Below are positions 53,088 through 63,100 of a stretch of DNA of 64,000 nt, one piece after another (positions within the stretch are counted from its first letter, which is position 1; the number at the start of each line of letters is the position of its first letter). The position numbers were made by a program, and so were the translations under genes. The stretch spans positions 731-64,730 of the forward strand of contig JBJKOY010000213.1 in NCBI GenBank assembly GCA_046706945.1, in the 5' to 3' direction. This DNA comes from Ignavibacteriaceae bacterium. GTDB lineage: Bacteria; Bacteroidota; Ignavibacteria; Ignavibacteriales; Ignavibacteriaceae. The notes under the pieces are model-generated. The model saw only the letters and a program-made list of their open reading frames with translations, did no database searches and had not been told where the DNA came from.

Positions 53088-55949
53088 ATGAAAAAAATCC
53101 GGTGGTTGGAAATTCAATTAATTATTTGGGTATTCTTATTGATCTCAAAAGAAATTTTTGCGCAGGCAGGTAAAATTGACCCTACTTTCGGGCAGGGCGG
53201 AATAGTCAGTACTCCTTTTAATACCACCGGGAACAGCAGTTCGAGTTCGATAGCGATTCAGAGCGACGGAAAAATTGTGGCCGGAGCTTCTTCGCAATAC
53301 GGCGGGCATACTCAATTCTCTTTATTCCGCTGCAACCGGGACGGAAGCATAGATAAAAATTTCGGGACAAACGGCGTTGTCATTACTCAAGTCGGAACCG
53401 CGGGGAACGATGTCAGTTCGGTCGCGATTCAAAAAGACGGTAAAATTATAGCCGCCGGCGATTCCTACGACGGAACTAAATATGTCTTTACCCTGGTCCG
53501 GTATGATGCCGGCGGCAGCATCGATAGTACTTTCGGGGTAAACGGCATAGTTACAACCTCAATCGGAAGCACCGGTGATTTTATAAAATCTATTTCAATT
53601 CAAAACGACGGGAAAATAATCGCTGCCGGGGTTTCCGATACCCCCGGCAATTCCAACCTGGCAGTGGCGCGCTACGACAGCAACGGGTCCATTGACAGTA
53701 CCTTCGGCTTAAACGGTATTACAACTTTCGGGGCAACCGGAATCATCCTTTCTGCTCCCCAGGATATGTTCTCTTACGGCGCCAACTTTGTCGCGGTTCA
53801 AAGCAGCGGCAAGATAGTGGTCGGCGGCTATTCTTATTTTATTGATACCAAAACTTTTACTCCGAACGGTCATTTCCTGCTCATCCGCTATAATTCAAAC
53901 GGATCTCTGGATTATTCATTTAACAGCGGGGTGGTGCTTACATTAACCGGTTCGCCGTACGATGCCTCGGGAGACGGGGTTAATTCAATTTTATTCCAGA
54001 AAGACGGAAAAATTATTGAGGCAGGTTATTCGCTGCAGTCGGGATACTACGATTATGCCATGGCCAGGCTGGACACTAACGGAGTATTAGACGGCTCTTT
54101 CGGAACAGACGGAATTGTAAGGACATATTTGAACGGAATTACCGGTGCCACTTCAGCCGCTATCCAGGATGACGGGAAAATAGTACTTGCAGGGTACGGC
54201 GGAAGCGGACTACAACCCCATTACTTCGTTTTAATCAGATATAACGGCGACGGGTCTTTAGACAATTCGTTCGGATCAGGCGGCATAGCTTCGGCAGGCG
54301 GACTACCGGACGGAGAAGCTCATTCGGTTGCGATCCAAAGCGACGGTAAAATAGTCGCAACCGGTTTTGATTACGACGGAACTTATTATAATCTTGCAAT
54401 AGTACGGTTCGGCAATGACGGGGCTATCGACAATTCTTTCGGACAGAACGGCTTTACAATATCATCCGCGGGAAATTCGAACGACGTAATAAATTCACTG
54501 GCTCTTCAAAACGACGGGAAGATTGTTGCCGCGGGTTATTCGTATTTCGGGACTATCAGCAATTTTACACTCCTACGCTACAATGCAAACGGTACACCGG
54601 ACAGATTTTTCGGTACAAACGGAATCGAAATGACCGATTTCGGAAATACGAACAGCCAGGTCAACTCTGTGGCAATTGACAGCGACGGTACGATAGCAGC
54701 GGCAGGGTTTTATTTCAACGGCAAGAACAACGACTTCGCCGTTGTCCGCTATACTCCAGCCGGCATCCCCGATAATAATTTCGGGAAAAACGGCACTGCA
54801 GGCACGCCGATAGGATCGTTTGACGACGAAGCGACGGGAGTGGCAATCCAAAAAGATCATAAAATTATCGCGGCAGGATACTATTTAAATGGAAACTACA
54901 ACAACATTGCGCTAGTCCGATATAATACAAACGGATCATTGGATAATTCTTTCGGATTAAACGGGATAGTGACTACCCAGGTAGGGACATCTCACAATTT
55001 TGCTCAATCCGTAGCCGTCCAGAATGACGGAAAAATTGTCGTTGCCGGTTCCGCGATCATCGGGGGAAGCTATAATATCGCCTTAGTCCGGTATAATAAC
55101 GACGGGAGTTTGGACATTAATTTCGGAAATAACGGTATAATTACAACCTTGATCGGAAAGGGGAGTTTCGCCTATTCGGTTTTAATTCAGGGCGACGGAA
55201 AAATTGTTGCCGCCGGCTATGCTCTTATAGGAAGCAAATATGAATTTGCCCTTGCCAGATATAATTCGAACGGCATTCAGGACAGCACCTTCGGAATAAA
55301 CGGCATCTCAACTACGCAAATCGGTTCAACAAGCGACTTCGCTTACTCTGCGGCTTTGCAGAGCGACGGGAAGATAGTTGCCGCCGGCTACGCAGAGGGG
55401 ATAAACAAATTTGAATTCGCGCTTGCGCGTTATAATACTGACGGGACATTGGATCAATCTTTCGGGGAAAACGGCGCAGTACTTACTCAAACTTCCATTT
55501 CAAACGATTATGCCCGCTCGGTAGCGGTTCAAAACGACGGAAAAATAATTGCGGCAGGCTATGCTTCCGGCCCTGGAATAAACAACTATAGGATTTTCAC
55601 GCTTATACGTTACAACGGCAATATCACCGCAGGGGTTAAGTTAATAAATGATCCGGCAGCTTCGCCTGCCTCATTTTCACTCGAGCAGAATTATCCGAAT
55701 CCGTTTAATCCGTCAACAACAATAAAGTACACATTGCCTGAAAGAAGCTTTGTGACATTAAAAGTATATGATTTGCTGGGAAAAGAAGTTGCGCAGCCGG
55801 TCAACTGTACTCTCGGCCAGGGAACCTATGAAACAAAGTTCAATGCGGAAAGACTTTCAAACGGTGTTTATATATACTCAATCCGGTTAACAGGTCTGAA
55901 TTCGAGGATAGAATATAGATTCAGCAGGAAAATGATTTTATTGAAATGA
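53088..55949 (+). CDS. delta-60 repeat protein (14 repeats) with T9SS C-terminal sorting domain
   Basis: Fourteen units of about 60 aa of the form ..[LV]VRYN.[ND]GS[LI]D.SFG.NGI......AVQ.DGKIV.AG.. . C-terminal sorting domain FSLEQNYPNPFNPSTTIKYTLP...GVYIYSIRL...RKMILLK. Confidence 0.8.
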   Translation: MKKIRWLEIQLIIWVFLLISKEIFAQAGKIDPTFGQGGIVSTPFNTTGNSSSSSIAIQSDGKIVAGASSQYGGHTQFSLFRCNRDGSIDKNFGTNGVVITQVGTAGNDVSSVAIQKDGKIIAAGDSYDGTKYVFTLVRYDAGGSIDSTFGVNGIVTTSIGSTGDFIKSISIQNDGKIIAAGVSDTPGNSNLAVARYDSNGSIDSTFGLNGITTFGATGIILSAPQDMFSYGANFVAVQSSGKIVVGGYSYFIDTKTFTPNGHFLLIRYNSNGSLDYSFNSGVVLTLTGSPYDASGDGVNSILFQKDGKIIEAGYSLQSGYYDYAMARLDTNGVLDGSFGTDGIVRTYLNGITGATSAAIQDDGKIVLAGYGGSGLQPHYFVLIRYNGDGSLDNSFGSGGIASAGGLPDGEAHSVAIQSDGKIVATGFDYDGTYYNLAIVRFGNDGAIDNSFGQNGFTISSAGNSNDVINSLALQNDGKIVAAGYSYFGTISNFTLLRYNANGTPDRFFGTNGIEMTDFGNTNSQVNSVAIDSDGTIAAAGFYFNGKNNDFAVVRYTPAGIPDNNFGKNGTAGTPIGSFDDEATGVAIQKDHKIIAAGYYLNGNYNNIALVRYNTNGSLDNSFGLNGIVTTQVGTSHNFAQSVAVQNDGKIVVAGSAIIGGSYNIALVRYNNDGSLDINFGNNGIITTLIGKGSFAYSVLIQGDGKIVAAGYALIGSKYEFALARYNSNGIQDSTFGINGISTTQIGSTSDFAYSAALQSDGKIVAAGYAEGINKFEFALARYNTDGTLDQSFGENGAVLTQTSISNDYARSVAVQNDGKIIAAGYASGPGINNYRIFTLIRYNGNITAGVKLINDPAASPASFSLEQNYPNPFNPSTTIKYTLPERSFVTLKVYDLLGKEVAQPVNCTLGQGTYETKFNAERLSNGVYIYSIRLTGLNSRIEYRFSRKMILLK

Positions 55950-56371
55950 ATACCGGATTCGGACGTAAGTAAAATAATTCATTTCTCTTTACAATTTGTA
56001 AAATTTTTGTTATTATAACCACAAATTTGAGTCATCATTCTTTTTTAATTGGGGAGGGGTTTTGTTTGCAAAAAGAAGACATAGTACTCCTATGAAGGTT
56101 GGTATTCTAAAAAAGACCAAACCTGTGCCGGTAAAAACTAACCTAAATACTGCTTCCCGCCTTATCGAATCAAACAATCTGCCTCCCTGCACTCCGTCTT
56201 CAATATTTGAATTTAGAAATTTTCAGCATTATACCTTTTTACAGAATAATTCTTAATCTGGCGGTCATAAATATATGATAAATCCGGATGGGTAATTTTT
56301 CCGCTATAAAATGGTACCTACGTGCCGGAGGAGTATATAATCGTAACTAATTTTCCGGTTTCCGCAAATAA

Positions 56372-57547
56372 ATGCAGATGAAATTAAAATTAAAAATAAT
56401 CAAAGATTCGGACAGTTCTTTTTCGGTTAATTCTGAGTTCTGCGAATTCCCTGTGTTCTTGGGCCGGGAAAATAATAATCAGATAATCCTTCCCGATCCG
56501 CTGAAAATTGTTTCGAGGAAACATGCAAAGATCATTAATACCGAAGGCATTCTGCAATTGGTAGACCTTGAATCGGCCAACTTCACTCATTTGAACGGCC
56601 AAAAAATCGTTCCGAACGATGAAAATGCGTTGAAGTCCGGAGATACAATTAGAATAGGCGATTATGAATTGGCAATAGAAATTGTCCGGGATGACCGGGT
56701 AAACGAAGACGATCAGAAGACAAGGATCTTTACAAGTCCTTATGCGGAAGAGATTGCAGCCATAGCTGAGAATCTTCGAAAGATTTCCGCGAAATACTCT
56801 TTTGAGGATTCGCCGGCGAAAGATAAAATGCTTCGCCTGTCGGTTCTTCAAAATTTAACGGTTTTGGATAAAAGCGAATCGAATATAATTATTTCGGAAT
56901 GTCTTTCGGAAAATTTTTTAAACAGGGAATTATTAAAATCTTTTAGTGATGAAAGGCAAAACGGCGGTAAAAATTTTATCAGTCCCGGTATAAAAGAAGT
57001 TTTTTCTCCGCCGCATAATGGTTTTGACCATAAGCCGGTTACGCAGGAATATTCTTTTAACATCCATTTCTCAAACACAATCGACGTATTTCTCGATATT
57101 TTCATAAAACTTATCGAAGGCTTTTTGCAGTTCAGGCAGGAATTCTTCGGCGTGACCAAGTTCTACACGCTCCCGACAGGCTCCCCGGAGGAGGTAAAAG
57201 ATTTCCTGTTCAATCCGAACATTTCTCCGGAAGAAGAGAAAAAGAGACTGGATACTTTAAAAGACGAGGCTCAAAAACTGCTCGGACATCAAATCGGCTT
57301 GCTCGAAGGATATAATCTATCCGTTACGGAAGGGAGCAAAATGCTCCTGCAAAGCCTGGACCCCTATTTTATTGAGAAAGGATTGGAAACAGGGAAAGCC
57401 TTCGAAAAAATTTTCCCGTTCTCAAAAAAGCTGAAAGCGCTTGAACTGATTAAAGAACATTACGGGAAATACATTTCGGATCCTTATTACATAGAGAAGA
57501 AATTTTTCAGGCCGTCTTTTATGCGGGGATATCAAAAAAGGATATAA
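56372..57547 (+). CDS. tagH: type VI secretion FHA-domain protein TagH
   Basis: N-terminal FHA domain (FPVFLGRENNNQIILPDPLKIVSRKHAKI...LVDLESANFTHLNGQKI...GDTIRIGDYEL). TagH-type C-terminal region (..LLGHQIGLLEGYNLSVTEGSKMLLQSLDPYFIE..). It sits directly upstream of tssJ-K-L-M. Confidence 0.75.
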   Translation: MQMKLKLKIIKDSDSSFSVNSEFCEFPVFLGRENNNQIILPDPLKIVSRKHAKIINTEGILQLVDLESANFTHLNGQKIVPNDENALKSGDTIRIGDYELAIEIVRDDRVNEDDQKTRIFTSPYAEEIAAIAENLRKISAKYSFEDSPAKDKMLRLSVLQNLTVLDKSESNIIISECLSENFLNRELLKSFSDERQNGGKNFISPGIKEVFSPPHNGFDHKPVTQEYSFNIHFSNTIDVFLDIFIKLIEGFLQFRQEFFGVTKFYTLPTGSPEEVKDFLFNPNISPEEEKKRLDTLKDEAQKLLGHQIGLLEGYNLSVTEGSKMLLQSLDPYFIEKGLETGKAFEKIFPFSKKLKALELIKEHYGKYISDPYYIEKKFFRPSFMRGYQKRI

Positions 57548-57598
57548 GTCCGTATTGAAGAACAACGCTTTTTGAACATTCCAACCGGGGAAATAGAG

Positions 57599-58033
57599 AT
57601 GAAAAAAATCTTGTTCCTTCTGCCGTTTTACTTTATCGTATGTTTAAACGGCTGCGGCAGCGGGATAAAAACTGCAAAAATTAACTTGGTCTGCGACGGC
57701 GACTGCAACGGCAGCAACGCCATAGTTATAAGAGTCTATCAGCTCAATAACGCCGATAAATTCAGTCATGCCAGCTTCGAATCACTGCTCAGAAATCCCG
57801 AAGCCGCTTTGGCAGACGACCTGATCCCAAATTCGAAATTCGAAACTACCTTGGTGCCCGGCCAAACTTTTGAATTGAAGGATTACGTCCTTAAGAACGG
57901 TGCCGCTTATATCGGAGTGGTAGGAGACTTTCACTCGCCCGCAAAGGACGGCTGGCTCCGGGTTATACCGGTTAATTCCGATATCAAGCCTATGAAAATA
58001 CTTATTCACAATAACTACCTAAGCGTAGAATAG
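57599..58033 (+). CDS. tssJ: type VI secretion lipoprotein TssJ (SciN/VasD family)
   Basis: The start is taken at ATG 57599 (MKKILFLLPFYFIVCLNGCGSG, a lipobox-like LNGC). SciN-type core VIRVYQLNNADKFSHASFESLL...LVPGQTFE...AAYIGVVGDFHSP..DGW. Confidence 0.75.
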   Translation: MKKILFLLPFYFIVCLNGCGSGIKTAKINLVCDGDCNGSNAIVIRVYQLNNADKFSHASFESLLRNPEAALADDLIPNSKFETTLVPGQTFELKDYVLKNGAAYIGVVGDFHSPAKDGWLRVIPVNSDIKPMKILIHNNYLSVE

Positions 58034-58090
58034 ATCATCTGTAAAAGGGAAAAAATTCCTGCTCTATTAAAATAAAAAGAAAATGCAGAT

Positions 58091-59431
58091 ATGAAGTTAC
58101 AGAAGGTTGTCTGGTACGAAGGGATGAAATTAAATCCGCATCATTTCCAGCAGGCGGATAAGTACTATCATTATAATATAAATTCGAGAATAAACTCGAT
58201 CAATCCTAATTCTTGGGGTTTGAAGGAGATTCAGGTAGATACGGCTGCGCTTTCGGGCGGAACTTTTAATCTGGTCAAATGCTCGGGCGTTATGCCGGAC
58301 GGTTTGCTGTTTGATATGCCGGGCAATGATCCGCTGCCGAAAAGCAGATCGTTCGAGGATCTTTTTCCCGCAACTGCCGAAAAGACGGACGTGTTTTTAA
58401 CAATCCCGATCGAAAATATCAGCGGAAATAATTGTGCTATGGACGGCGAGCCGGGTCAAAATAATTCCAGGTTCATTCTCCAGGATATGGATGTCCTCGA
58501 TTATAACACCGGAACGAATATGAGGTCTATAGGAATAGTAAAACCCAATTTTCAATTCAGATTCGGAGACGAGACGCTGGAAGATTTTAGTTTCATTAAG
58601 ATTGGACAAATTAACAGGAATGCCGACGGGAAATATACTATGGATAATAATTTCATAGTCTCTTCAATTTCAATCTCGGCTTCCGAAGCCCTGCTGAACA
58701 GCACCCGGGAAATACTTGGAGCGCTGGTCTCAAAAAGCAAGGAACTGGGAAGGCTGGCCGGTATCCGCAAACCCGAATTATCCGTAACGCAGGTGGAAAT
58801 AATCTTAATGCTGCAGACCGTTAACACTTATATCCCTCTGCTTAATTATTATTACATATCAAAAAATATTCATCCTGAAGCATTATATGTTTTGTTTCTT
58901 AATTTAGCCGGCCAGCTCTCAACGTACACCAACCTCGGGATTAAAACGGGGGAGTTCCCGGTATATGAACATAAGCATTTAACCGAAATATTCGGTCAGA
59001 TCGTCGGCGAAATTAGCCTTATGCTAAACGTTCAGAAAACTATCGAGAGACGGGATATAATAATCCCGCTGAGAAAACAGGGCGATACTTTGTATATAGG
59101 CCAGCTTTCGCCTTCGCAGATTTCCGCCCAGTTTTTTATTGCCGTCGTCAGCGATATTCCTGAGAGGAAGATTATAACGGAACTGCCCAAGAATATAAAA
59201 ATTTCGGCATACGAGGAAATATTCGCGGTTCACCAGGCAGGCATACAGGGAGTTTCAATCGAATACATTGCCCGCCCGCCTGCCGGCGTTCAGGTGAACG
59301 AAAAAGCGCATTATTTCAAGGTCAACAAGGAAGGCAGATTTTGGGACAAGATCGAGAAGAAAAACAATATCGCGTTTTTCATCGCCTCCGAGTTTAAATC
59401 TTTGGAAATGGAATTGGTTCTCTTAACATGA
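58091..59431 (+). CDS. tssK: type VI secretion baseplate protein TssK (ImpJ/VasE family)
   Basis: The N-terminus KVVWYEGMKLNPHHFQQADKYYHY matches the hallmark TssK start (..VVWSEGMFLRPQHFQQQDRY..). 446 aa. Confidence 0.9.
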   Translation: MKLQKVVWYEGMKLNPHHFQQADKYYHYNINSRINSINPNSWGLKEIQVDTAALSGGTFNLVKCSGVMPDGLLFDMPGNDPLPKSRSFEDLFPATAEKTDVFLTIPIENISGNNCAMDGEPGQNNSRFILQDMDVLDYNTGTNMRSIGIVKPNFQFRFGDETLEDFSFIKIGQINRNADGKYTMDNNFIVSSISISASEALLNSTREILGALVSKSKELGRLAGIRKPELSVTQVEIILMLQTVNTYIPLLNYYYISKNIHPEALYVLFLNLAGQLSTYTNLGIKTGEFPVYEHKHLTEIFGQIVGEISLMLNVQKTIERRDIIIPLRKQGDTLYIGQLSPSQISAQFFIAVVSDIPERKIITELPKNIKISAYEEIFAVHQAGIQGVSIEYIARPPAGVQVNEKAHYFKVNKEGRFWDKIEKKNNIAFFIASEFKSLEMELVLLT

Positions 59432-59449
59432 TTACGGAAAGTAATAAAA

Positions 59450-60142
59450 TTGGATAACGATCAATCTAACTTAAAAAAGAAACAGCTTTCCGATATCGCT
59501 TCGGATTGCCTGATCCTTATACTTCAGTTAAGGTCAACGGATAATTACGGGGATCCTGCCGTGCTTAAAAGCCGTATTACCGAAATGTTCGATAAGTTCG
59601 AACACGAAGCAAGATCGGCGGGATTCGACAACGAAAAAATCGTCTCCGTAAAGTTTGCTCTTATAGCGTTTTTAGACGAAACGATTATCAGCTCGTCGTG
59701 GACTAATAAAGACTCTTGGCTTTCGGAACCGCTGCAGTTAAAATTATTTAATACTTTCAACGCCGGCGAGGAGTTCTTCGACAATATAAATAAATTGAGA
59801 CAGAGAACCTCAACCAATAAAGATGTACTGGAAGTTTACTTTTTATGTTTAACCCTGGGCTTTAAGGGAAAGTACCAGCTTCAATCGCCGGAGAATTTAA
59901 GGAAAATTATCGATGACCTAAATCTGGAACTTCATCCCGAGATGTACAAAGCGGTAGATTCGATATCGCCGAACGGAAAGCCGCACGATTCTTTAATGGG
60001 ACAGGTAAAAGCTAAATTCCCTTTATGGGTTTATCCGCTGGGTGCATTAATAATTTTCGCGGTATTCTATATTTTTATGTCGGTTTCAATTTCGAATAAG
60101 GCTTCCGAGATTGCGGAAGTTTTAAAAGGTTATTTAATATAA
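59450..60142 (+). CDS. tssL: type VI secretion membrane protein TssL (DotU family)
   Basis: DotU motifs VKFALIAFLDETIISSSW, LQLKLFNTFNAGEEFF and VLEVYFLCLTLGFKGKY, plus a single C-terminal TM segment (LWVYPLGALIIFAVFYIFMSV). No peptidoglycan-binding extension. TTG start in the track. Confidence 0.85.
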   Translation: MDNDQSNLKKKQLSDIASDCLILILQLRSTDNYGDPAVLKSRITEMFDKFEHEARSAGFDNEKIVSVKFALIAFLDETIISSSWTNKDSWLSEPLQLKLFNTFNAGEEFFDNINKLRQRTSTNKDVLEVYFLCLTLGFKGKYQLQSPENLRKIIDDLNLELHPEMYKAVDSISPNGKPHDSLMGQVKAKFPLWVYPLGALIIFAVFYIFMSVSISNKASEIAEVLKGYLI

Positions 60143-60152
60143 ATCATCCCGC

Positions 60153-63100
60153 ATGAACTTTTTAAATAAACTTAAAGATCCTCTGCTGATCGCCGTAATT
60201 ACTTTTATCCTGATTTCGGTCCTGTTTTATATATTCGGCGTAATTTTCCGTATACCGATGATTTACAGAATCGGCATAATAATATTTATTCTATTGATTA
60301 TCGTGATCATTTCTCTCTATATCCGGATGAAGGAAATACAAAACGCCGGGCAGATCGAACAATCGATAAACTCGCAGGCCGACGACCAGATGCGAAATGT
60401 AAGTCCGGAGAAAAAAGCCGAGATCGAACAATTTAAAAAGCAGCTTGAAGCAGCAATTACGTCGCTTAAGAATTCAAAGCTGGCTAAAGGTAAAAGAGGA
60501 AAAGCCGCGCTGTACGCTCTGCCTTGGTATGTGCTCATCGGTCCTTCGGCTGCCGGAAAAACGACCGCGATCCAGAATTCGGGACTTGAATTCCCGTTCG
60601 GGAAGGAAGGCTTTAGAGGAGTGGGCGGTACGCGGAACTGCGACTGGTTCTTTTCCACAAAAGGTATATTCCTGGACACCGCCGGGAGGTATGTGACCCA
60701 ATCAGAGGACAAGCCCGAATGGTTTGCATTTCTTGATACGTTAAAGAAAAACAGGAAGCGCAAACCCGTGAACGGAGTGCTCGTAGCAATTAACATCGAC
60801 CTAATAATTAATTCCGGGAAAGATCAACTCTTCGAACAAGCAAGGAATATCCGTCTTAGGATCGACGAGCTGATAGAAAAACTGGGAATGAATTTCCCGG
60901 TATATCTTATCTTTACAAAATGCGATTTAATAAGAGGCTTTGTAGAATACTACGGCGATTTCAGCGAGACGGAAAGAGAACAGTTATGGGGCGCTACTCT
61001 TACCCCAAAACAGCAGTTCGATCCGGATCCCAAATCCGTTTTTGAAGAGGAATTTAACAAACTGTCCGAAAAGTTATTTGAAATAAGAAACGTCAGGCTC
61101 AGCGGGCCGCTGAAAAGAGAGCAGAGAAGCCGCGTCTTTTTGTTCCCGTTCCAGTTTAAATCGCTCATGCCGAAACTCGCATACCTGGCCGCAGAAGTAT
61201 TTCAGCCCAATCCTTACCAGGACAATCCGATATTCAGAGGGTTCTACTTTACAAGCGGTACTCAGGAAGGAGTCCCTCTGGATCTGGCTATCAGAGAGAT
61301 CGCCAAACTATTTAATCTGCCGGAATCTGCGGGCGAAGGATCGGCGCCTCTTTCTGAGACCAAATCATATTTCATAAAGGAACTTCTAAACAACGTAGTT
61401 GTAGGCGATCAGAATTATACAGCCGGACGGACCAGATCAGCGGCAAAAAAAATAAACTTTTCCAGAAATGCAGCGGCGTTTGCGTCTTCCGCAGCTTTAA
61501 TTCTTTTATGTTCTTTTACATTTATAGGATATAACGGCAGTTCGACAATGCTTAAAAAAATTGCCGGCACATCGAAGACATTTACGGGGATAAATTGGAG
61601 CGGAGACTTAATCAACACGTTCAAAAAATCCGACAGTCTAAGGTCTTTAATTGTGAATATTAAAAACGGAGCCGCAAACGAGTCATTTATAGACTTCGGC
61701 ATGGATAGAAGCAAAGAGTTTTCGGAATACCTTAGAAAACTATATTTACTCAGATCCGAAAATTTCTTTACCAGGACAATTTACAGCGATATTTCCAAAG
61801 AATTGAACGAATATGCGGGCGGGAAAGATCTGCCGGCAGGAGAGATTTACAATAAATTAAAAGCATATCTTCTTCTGGGAGACGAAAGGAACAGACTTGA
61901 TACGACAAAATTCAAGTTCCTAACCGAAGAATTTGCGGCATTATTGAGATCGCGTTATTTGAATTTATATCCCGTTGCCTCATCTGCCGAAAAAGATACT
62001 CTTGAAAAATTATTTTATAATTACGTTTCTTTCTTCGTGAGCCAGTTAAAAGATAAAGACGTCTACGCGGTAAATAACGATAAACTTTTGATAAACCTTG
62101 TAAGAAACAGAATTCAGTATAAACCGAATGCAGAGACAATTTATGCCGGAATTATACAGAACGCCGCCGGACAATATTCCAGCGACCTTACGCTTGAGAA
62201 GGCAATCGGCGGCAGGTATTCAATTATGATGAGTGCCGGTTCCAAAGTACCCTTTATTTATACGCAGACCGGATGGTCTACTTATATTAAAAAAGCTTTG
62301 GAGGAGGAGCTTAAGAATCCGGCGAGGGACGATTGGGTCTTGGGTAAAACCGCTACCAATGCGGAGAACGGGTACGGTTTTAACAGCGAAGAAATGAAAG
62401 CGAAATTATTAAACTTGTATTGTTCGGACTATCTTAATACGTGGATAAGATTTCTGCAGAGCATAAGGTACGGTAATTTTGAAACCGTTCCTGCCGCGTC
62501 GGAAAACATGAAATTATTAAGCGACCCGGTTAATTCTCCTACGGCAATTGTACTAAAATTCTTTTCAGAACAATTGCAGATTTTCCCGGGAATGCAGGGC
62601 CAGGATTCGGCTAGACAAAAGTCCGGTGAATTTATTTCTCCTGATTACTTGAATAGAAATTTACTGTCGGAGATAAATAAGTATAGGACTTTTGTTAACG
62701 GTACTCAGGGCGGAGCCCCCGGCAGCGATTTAAATGCGGTTATCGGGCAATACGCGGCATTGGGTGCCGTGCTGGAATCCATAAAGGGAGGACAGGATTT
62801 GGCCAAAGATTATGCCGTAAAAGTATTGAACCGCGGCGCGGTCGAACTGCCTACAGCAGTGCGGACAGTGAAAGGTTCAGCTTACAATCTGCCTGAATTA
62901 CAAAGTTTGTTTGTTGAGCCGGTTATGCTTACTTGGAAATCAATACTGTCGGATGCTTCTCAATATTTGAATCACGCCTGGAAGACAAAAGTGTCAGATA
63001 CATTTAATAATACGCTGTCGAACAATTATCCTTTTAAAAATAACGGAAGCGACGCCCCCATACAGGATTTCAAAGATTTCTTCCGTGCGCCGGACGGAAT

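Noticed and set aside
51089-55949. The repeat-rich region considered as a CRISPR array or DGR-type variable region.
   Set aside because: The repeats are in-frame protein-domain repeats (744-bp units and divergent units of about 180 bp), not short direct repeats with unique spacers. No cas genes, reverse transcriptase or template repeat are present in the window.
56055-56070. Sigma-54-like sequence AGGGGTTTTGTTTGCA about 300 bp upstream of tagH. It has GG and GC with the correct 10-nt spacing and a good TTTGCA -12 element.
   Set aside because: The -24 element is poor (AGGGG versus TGGCA). The distance to the start codon is long. No enhancer-binding protein or palindrome is nearby. It does not resemble the two boxes found at the trehalose locus.
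56062-56256. A 64-aa ORF upstream of tagH.
   Set aside because: It has a non-ATG start in the track, a basic low-complexity translation and no motif. It is more likely part of the T6SS promoter or leader region.
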